Shown piece after piece: positions 59,301-64,000 of a DNA stretch of 64,000 nt. Within the stretch, counting starts at the first letter, position 1, and each line of letters opens with the position of its first letter. Under the pieces are notes generated by a model that worked only from the letters and a program-made list of their open reading frames with translations, did no database searches and had not been told where the DNA came from. Made by a program: the position numbers and the translations under genes. The DNA comes from Sedimentisphaerales bacterium (lineage in GTDB: Bacteria > Planctomycetota > Phycisphaerae > Sedimentisphaerales > SM23-30): NCBI GenBank assembly GCA_963666285.1, contig OY762711.1, one strand, 5' to 3'.

Positions 59301-60828
59301 AACAGAAGATCCTATGACTTTTGACATAAATGAAAGAGATTTCATAAACAATCCTTCTATTATTACCGGTGATGGTGGTACCGGACATATAATTGATGGC
59401 TCAGATATAAATGCTACTGTAAACATTAATGGCTTTACAATAAAAAGCGGCAGCGGCAATACCGGAGCGGGATTATACCTGGAAAATGCCAGCGGGCCCG
59501 GTATTTCATTCTGTACATTTTATCAAAACACAGCATCTAACGGCGGGGCAATAACCTGCCTGGAATCTAACCTGACTTTGACCAATACATTATTCTGCGG
59601 TAATACCGCAACGGAAAAAGGCGGGGCAATATATTTAGCTGCCGGTTCTCAATTACATGCTAATAACTGCACATTTTCCGGTAATTTTTCACCCTGGGGA
59701 GGAGGTGCAATACACGCACAACTCAACAGCATGGTCTCATTAAGTAACTGCACCCTGGCAGGAAACCAGTCATATCTATCCGGCGGAATAGAAGCAGCCA
59801 AAAACAGTCCATTATACCTTACAAATTCTCTACTTTACTTCAACTTATCATTTAACGGTCAAACCCTGACCGGACAATATACTACAGATGGAAGCAGCAC
59901 AGTTACAATAAACTCATGTCACATCCAGGGGACTGGGGCGTCAGATCCATTATTTTTGAGTAATCCTGATTCTGGAAACGGTACCTGGGGCGATGGAGAT
60001 GATAACTATGGTGACCTGCATATTAAACCGTCATCACCATGTATTAACCATGGAAACAACATTGACGCCACCGGGCTGGATAGAGATGGTGACACACGCA
60101 TTTATAAAGGCACTATAGATATCGGTAGCGATGAATGTTTATTTGCCACAACCAGTGTAAATAGTGGTGAAGTTGTAACACTAACCCCAACCGGTGAAGG
60201 AACCGGAACTCTTACAGAAGAAACATTCGTAACATTAAATAATACTGCAGGCGGAGATGGTAATAATATCGAAGTAACCCAGATAAATGAAAATATAAAT
60301 CCGACACAATCTTCTTATAAGGTAGTTGGAGCAACCCTGGTTGTCGAAACGGACCTGGCTGACGGTGACTATGTAATGACCCTTGCGATTCCATTTACAA
60401 CTGATGATTTAGCCGGAACCAGCTGGAGTTCAATTGTGCTTTCGTATTACAACACAAGTTCAAGCAGTTGGGTAAATGCGGGAACTGGGTCACAATGGAT
60501 TGAACAGTTAACAAAACCAACCATATCCACCTTACGCAGCAGACCGCTAGGAGATTACGGGGTGTACTGGAACAGCAGCGAACAGAAAGGATTTGCCTGG
60601 GTCAATGTTGACCACACAACAGATTTCGCCCCGATTATCTATCTGAAACCGGGGGACTTCGATCGCAATAATGTAATCGACAAAGATGACCTGGTTAAGA
60701 TGCTTGAAAAATGGATGATTACAAAGGAAAGTTTATACTGGTCAGACAAATATGATTTAGCTGAACCGAAAGATGGAATTATAGATTTACGCGACTTAAG
60801 TGTACTTGCAGAAAACTGGTTAAAATAA
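53368..60828 (+). CDS. Giant secreted Ser/Thr-rich repeat surface protein (adhesin/S-layer-like) with beta-helix region and dockerin-like tail
   Basis: Signal peptide; about 19 ~88-aa units with Q(F/L/Y)D..TW..GTY; GGAI repeats; DLHIKPSSPCINHG...IDIG; GDFDRNNVID...AENWLK. Confidence 0.85.
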   Translation: MIKSEIVFVIAMILCQITLGAISVTAPSGGDLDQFDSFSIQWDSDDVGDGAAVSIILRQGGSDVTTLASGVGNTVGSNNWNWNISQASGSNYSIRVISDSNGMIFGDSASFNITAPTITASTSNINQLDNLNVSWSVTGVISNNVTITISENGESANVTGGSTSYNFSTDTSVNWSPGTYTITVTSNDLPTISDSVTANISASSISSVAATSGNQFDTITVTWNETGTIGTNVTVTAINGGFSDSTTVAAGTGSASFITDNTWPAGTYTVTVTSDDYGILTDNDTCTISTSAISSVAATSGNQFDTITVTWNETGTIGTNVTVTAVNGGFSDSTTVAAGTGTTSFTTDNTWPAGTYTVTVTSNDYGVLTDNDTCTISTSAISSVAATSENQFDTITVTWNETGTIGTNVTVTAVNGGFSDSTTVAVGTGTASFTTDNTWTAGTYTITVTSDDYGILTDNDTCTISTSAISSVAATSGNQFDTITVTWNETGNVGSTITVTAVNGGFSDSTTVAAGTGTASFTTDNTWPAGTYTITVTSDDYGVLTDNDTCTISASAISSVAATSENQFDTITVTWTETGTIGTNVTVTAVNGGFSDSTTVAVGTGTASFTTDNTWPAGAYTITVTSDDYGVLTDNDTCTISTSAISSVAATSGNQFDTITVTWNETGTIGTNVTVTAVNGGFSDSTTVAAGTGTTSFTTDNTWPAGTYTVTVTSDDYGVLTDNDTCTISTSAISSVAAGNINQFDNLAVTWNETGTIGTNVTVTAVNGGFSDSTTVAAGIGTASLTTDNTWPAGTYTVTVTSDTYGAISDNITCTISLSSVNSVSVGNLNQFDAMTVTWNESGTIGGTVTITVVNGGFSDSTTVAAGTGSANFATDNTWPTGIYTATVTSDTYGVLTDSDTCTLTASIISAVSAADIDQFDNLAVTWTETGNVGSTITVTAVNGGFSDSTTVAAGTGTTSFTTDNTWPTGTYAVTVTSDNYGVLTDNNTCTISASAISSVAAGNINQFDNLAVTWTETGNIGSTITVTAANGGFSDSTTVAAGTNSATLATDNTWPVGTYTITVTSDDYGVLTDSNTCTLSKSAIENIAASSINQFDTLTVNWTETGTLGTTVKVTASQGGFSQSTTVAAGTLSASFTTDDNWATGSVTITVESITYPLASTSSSVTINPTEVNVAAITGINQYDTLTVNWTESGTTGANTIVTVSNGGYSQSNTVSTGTLTTCFVTDENWPAGTYTVEIKLTDHTSVADSTTFALTETNIALNTPANINQYDNVSLSWSESGSPGTTVDIVIKLGASTITSDQIAAGTNSWTTSTDHAWATGTYTAIVTLTDHTVRTSTKTFTISETNISLNQPSNINQFDNISLNWSYLGSYGSNVGIEIVRNSDSTVVNSQTISSAATTASITTDNSATWPVGTYTARITLSDHPARSSTKTFTISQTAMLATSTSVDNGSANQLDTITINWNSTGTIGNIDLKLYKSGVLVANIINGTGNDGIYSWKIPLSITPGTGYYIRAASSLRPTVIYFDAPLQFAINETSITTGNTFDITQFDNQTITWTSTGSVGTTVTIKILRASGETIATANGISTASGSYTFNSDLSWTSASNYYARIESELHSECYDNTTGYFIVNPTTITITSAPDIDQLDSQTVTWNKVGNVGTNITFELYLGATLIDQQTVSSNSYTYSTDLTWTTGTYTIKVISQDHPAVNDTETFVLGPTKIQLSEPVEDIYWQAGAQHRVGWISQGAAGTSLTINLYQNGNLITTISGNASNAAEELIFTLPGSISPGVYQVKVISNSYPLLTSSYSSNITITEQSLGGYIFTNASDPYGTGLSGVTVTVTGTNSSQTVTTNNMGYWSTALLGNDTYTIKPTARRRYFEKTANPDAGESSTTFTLNSSTRSASHSIMFNSGYSIKFVSAGASGIGSSWSNASGSLQSMIDFVTSDPDDEFNEVWVESGSYSGPITLSNNATITGSFSGTEDPMTFDINERDFINNPSIITGDGGTGHIIDGSDINATVNINGFTIKSGSGNTGAGLYLENASGPGISFCTFYQNTASNGGAITCLESNLTLTNTLFCGNTATEKGGAIYLAAGSQLHANNCTFSGNFSPWGGGAIHAQLNSMVSLSNCTLAGNQSYLSGGIEAAKNSPLYLTNSLLYFNLSFNGQTLTGQYTTDGSSTVTINSCHIQGTGASDPLFLSNPDSGNGTWGDGDDNYGDLHIKPSSPCINHGNNIDATGLDRDGDTRIYKGTIDIGSDECLFATTSVNSGEVVTLTPTGEGTGTLTEETFVTLNNTAGGDGNNIEVTQINENINPTQSSYKVVGATLVVETDLADGDYVMTLAIPFTTDDLAGTSWSSIVLSYYNTSSSSWVNAGTGSQWIEQLTKPTISTLRSRPLGDYGVYWNSSEQKGFAWVNVDHTTDFAPIIYLKPGDFDRNNVIDKDDLVKMLEKWMITKESLYWSDKYDLAEPKDGIIDLRDLSVLAENWLK
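53981..55828 (+). repeat. Seven near-identical 264-bp intragenic tandem repeats (more diverged units continue to ~58500)
   Basis: TAAGTTCTGT recurs at 53981, 54245, 54509, 54773, 55037, 55301 and 55565. Confidence 0.92.
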
Positions 60829-60885
60829 GGAAGGCAAAAGTCAAAAGAGAATACAATTTATAGCAAATATAGGCGAAAAGAATAA

Positions 60886-62970
60886 GTGACAAGGATCAAC
60901 ACAAATATTAATGCTTTGATCGCAAATAACAATGCGGCCAAAGTAGACAACAACCTGCAGAAGACGCTGGAACGTCTATCTACAGGTTTGCGCATAAACA
61001 GCGCAAGTGATGATCCTGCCGGACTGATCGCTTCAGAGAGCTTAAAATCCGAAATAGCCGGCACCAAACAATCAATCGAAAATGCCGAGCGTGCCAGTAA
61101 TATGATAAGCACTGCAGAAGCTGCATTAGCTGAAATTTCTGACATGCTGATTGATATCAAGCAGCTAATCTTAGAAAGTGCCAGCAGCGGGTCTATAAGC
61201 GATGAACAACTGGAAGCTAACCAGATGCAAATAGATTCGTACCTGCAAACAATTAATCGCATCGGTTTATCCACAGAATATAACGGTATCAAATTACTTA
61301 ACGGCGATCAGGATTACAGCGTTTCAGGACAACTTCATTTCGCCGCAACCGATGTAACAGATGCATTAAGTGCAACATTCACATCAGCTTTCAGTATCAC
61401 AGGAATTAAGATCAACAATGGTTATAATGGCATGAACCTGGGCAACTACGATCTGGACGTTAACTTCCTGGTGAGCGGCGTTCAGGCACATTATACCTGG
61501 AGCAGTACGGCTGATTTTATTAACACTTCAAACAATGGCGATAATGCTGCGTTAACAATTACCGGACACAAAGGAACAGCATCAGTTGACTTTAGTGGCG
61601 GGCTCGCAGGAATGGCCAACATTGTAAATGGAATTAACGGAGTTAAGGAAACCACCGGTGTTTCTGCAGGAATCTCCGGTGGAAATCTGGTATTCAGTTC
61701 CACCAACTTCGGCTCAGATGCATTTGTTTCCGTAACCGGTATTGAACCGGCAGAAATAACCTGGACCCCGGATGCATATTTCTTCAGCGGTGCACCTGTC
61801 GGTGACGCAGGTATTACAATTACCGGTAATGATGGACAACATAGCTATTTTGCCGGATACACAAACGCAAATGAACTGGCAACAATGATCAATAATGATG
61901 CTGCAATAACCGGTGTTATGGCACGGGTAGACGGTTCAGATATGATAATTTATTCAGCAGACCAGAACGGATCGGCTAATATTTCGGTCAGCAAATTCGC
62001 AACATATTTAGATAACGGTAGTTTTGCTAACGGTTCTGCTGCAAGCTATGCCTGGAATTCCGTTAGCGATTACATCGGTGTATTAGCTGACAGCGATGGT
62101 GAACTGAATGTACGCGGCATAAACGGTTCTGTTACTATTAATCTTTCAAGTGGAACCTGGACAGAAGCTGCATTGGCTGCAGAAATAAATAATCATACCG
62201 GGTCAACCGGTGTTACGGCTAGCAGCGGATCCGGAACGTTAACTCTAACATCTACCGACGGCAGTGGTGCTAACTTTGTATTTGCTAACGCTACTGACAG
62301 TTTTTCAGATACGATAACAGCCCAATCTTATTCTGCTGCGGGTACCGGATATGCTATCGGCTATAGCGGAGCTGATTATATTACCAGCGGTAGTGAAATG
62401 TTTGATATCGCAGAAATTACTCTTTCCGGCTTTGATGGAATTATAGCCGACGGCGCCGGTGAAACTCAACAGTTCTATGCGGCTACACGAGCAAGTGCCT
62501 CACTTAACGGGTCCAACCTGACCGGTTCCGGAGGAATGGAATTCAACATTGACTCCAGTGTACCAAATTCAATTGACAGTATTTGTGGCATACCGGAAAT
62601 CAGTACAACAAATTTAGGTAATAGCGAGTATGGAACACTAAACGATCTGCTTTCCGGTAATTCAAGTTCAATGAAAGAAGGTAAATTTAATACTGCAACC
62701 AATATTGTTGATACTGCTGCCAAACAGATAAACAACTTACGCGGCAGGTTGGGGACATTCAAGAAATATACACTGGAAACTACCATTCGATCACAACGAA
62801 ATAAACTTGAAAACCTGGTCAGTGCAGAATCTGCAATATTTGACGCTGACTTTGCCAAGGAGATATCTGAACTAACCAGAAACCAGATATTAAAACAAAG
62901 TGGAATATTTATACAACAGGTTATTAACATGCAACACAATAATGTCTTGAAACTATTAGAATCAATTTAA
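60886..62970 (+). CDS. fliC: Flagellin with large central variable region
   Basis: RINTNI, ERLSTGLRINSASDDPAGL N-terminus; LRGRLG, AESAIFDADFAKE, RNQILKQ C-terminus. Confidence 0.92.
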   Translation: MTRINTNINALIANNNAAKVDNNLQKTLERLSTGLRINSASDDPAGLIASESLKSEIAGTKQSIENAERASNMISTAEAALAEISDMLIDIKQLILESASSGSISDEQLEANQMQIDSYLQTINRIGLSTEYNGIKLLNGDQDYSVSGQLHFAATDVTDALSATFTSAFSITGIKINNGYNGMNLGNYDLDVNFLVSGVQAHYTWSSTADFINTSNNGDNAALTITGHKGTASVDFSGGLAGMANIVNGINGVKETTGVSAGISGGNLVFSSTNFGSDAFVSVTGIEPAEITWTPDAYFFSGAPVGDAGITITGNDGQHSYFAGYTNANELATMINNDAAITGVMARVDGSDMIIYSADQNGSANISVSKFATYLDNGSFANGSAASYAWNSVSDYIGVLADSDGELNVRGINGSVTINLSSGTWTEAALAAEINNHTGSTGVTASSGSGTLTLTSTDGSGANFVFANATDSFSDTITAQSYSAAGTGYAIGYSGADYITSGSEMFDIAEITLSGFDGIIADGAGETQQFYAATRASASLNGSNLTGSGGMEFNIDSSVPNSIDSICGIPEISTTNLGNSEYGTLNDLLSGNSSSMKEGKFNTATNIVDTAAKQINNLRGRLGTFKKYTLETTIRSQRNKLENLVSAESAIFDADFAKEISELTRNQILKQSGIFIQQVINMQHNNVLKLLESI

Positions 62971-63405
62971 TGAGTTTGGGTATTATTACAAACAACAACC
63001 GAAATTAGGATATAGCCGGCTTCTCTACTGTGGATGCTGAGGCCTCAACTGTTTTTCATTAGCACCCCCAGTGGAGTTCCGGCATATCCCGATTCGGAAA
63101 TAAAAAAGAATAAATTTTCATTGGTACAAAATGCATAAATGCAACCAAGGAGATTATATTTGACAGCATTTAATTACTACAATTGAATATTAGAGCAATT
63201 TAATTTTTCGTGTTCGCTTTTTGCCTGTTGCGGCTTCAGCTGACTTCATCAGAAATACTCATAATATATCAATATTCCTGTGTTTTCTTCTTCATCAGCC
63301 TCGTCCTCACAGAGGCATAAATCGGAACAGAAAATATTAAAGTGCTCTATTCGCAGTGACTGAAAGGCGATTGGTTTTGACTTACACAATATAAAAGGGT
63401 CGGCC

Positions 63406-64000
63406 TCAACTGACATCAATCAGACCCAGACACTGGCTGTAACGAGCAAACATATCCCTTTTCAGCGCTGCGAATTTACTATCAGACAGATCAGGATCGT
63501 CTGCAATAATAGACTCTGCGTCTCGACGAGCCATTCTTAGCAGATCAAAATCCTTAGTCAGATCAGCAATCTTGAGACCGGGCAAACCATGTTGACTGGT
63601 GCCAAAAAATTGGCCCGGACCGCGGATACTAAGATCAGCTTCTGCGATTTTGAATCCATCATTGGTTTCTGTCATGATTTCCAATCTGCGGCGGGAATCT
63701 TCACTGCGCGGATTGCCAAATAACAAACAGTAAGACTGTTCATCGCCTCTTCCGATACGGCCGCGAAGCTGATGAAGCTGTGCCAGACCATATCGGTCAG
63801 CATGTTCGATCACCATTACGGTAGCGTTCGGAACATTGACACCAACTTCAATAACTATCGTTGATACCAGGATATCTATCTGCCCGGAAGAAAACTGAGC
63901 CATAACCTGTTTTTTTTCGTCAGTCGGCATCTGCCCGTGCAATAATCCTACTTTGAGGTCAGGAAAAATCCTGGTCTGCAAATACTTATGTTCATCAACA
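63406..64000 (-). CDS. recG: ATP-dependent DNA helicase RecG, C-terminal part (runs off the window)
   Basis: LLHGQM, TIVIEVGVNVPNA, QLHQLRGRIGRG, DGFKIAEADL.IRGPG.FFGT.QHG. Confidence 0.95.
   Translation of the reverse strand, partial: VDEHKYLQTRIFPDLKVGLLHGQMPTDEKKQVMAQFSSGQIDILVSTIVIEVGVNVPNATVMVIEHADRYGLAQLHQLRGRIGRGDEQSYCLLFGNPRSEDSRRRLEIMTETNDGFKIAEADLSIRGPGQFFGTSQHGLPGLKIADLTKDFDLLRMARRDAESIIADDPDLSDSKFAALKRDMFARYSQCLGLIDVS

Noticed and set aside
1..64000. rRNA, tRNA, prophage, transposase or defence-system genes
   Set aside because: None recognisable from the sequence or the ORF track

Overview
Bacterial chromosomal window, by inference from a Planctomycetota (Phycisphaerae/Sedimentisphaerales-like) genome: it has a DUF3467-like protein and secreted proteins ending in a dockerin-like D-x-N-x-D...AENW tail. 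About 40 CDS are present. They include a lipid-linked glycosylation cluster, a radical SAM/ferredoxin pair, cheW-MCP, a wza-wzc-wecA locus, rsgA, an HD-GYP/PilZ protein, a TetR-RND efflux operon, an LPS kinase-heptosyltransferase fusion, a 2486-aa repeat surface protein followed by a flagellin, and the 3' end of recG. I saw no rRNA, tRNA, CRISPR array or transposase gene. The most unusual content is non-coding. (i) Eight copies of a ~180-235 bp MITE-like element (one truncated) with 5-6 bp target-site duplications; two duplicated a start codon, one a stop codon, and one rewrote the C-terminus of an acyl carrier protein. (ii) Two further MITE-like families and strand-biased, modular REP/heptamer mosaics. 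(iii) A ~450 nt candidate structured sRNA at 50.85-51.30 kb that displays the same anti-Shine-Dalgarno 12-mer in two hairpin loops. (iv) A leader-peptide attenuator upstream of rsgA. (v) A triple 20-bp-phased operator over a near-consensus promoter of the efflux operon. All calls were made by eye; no searches or folding programs were run.
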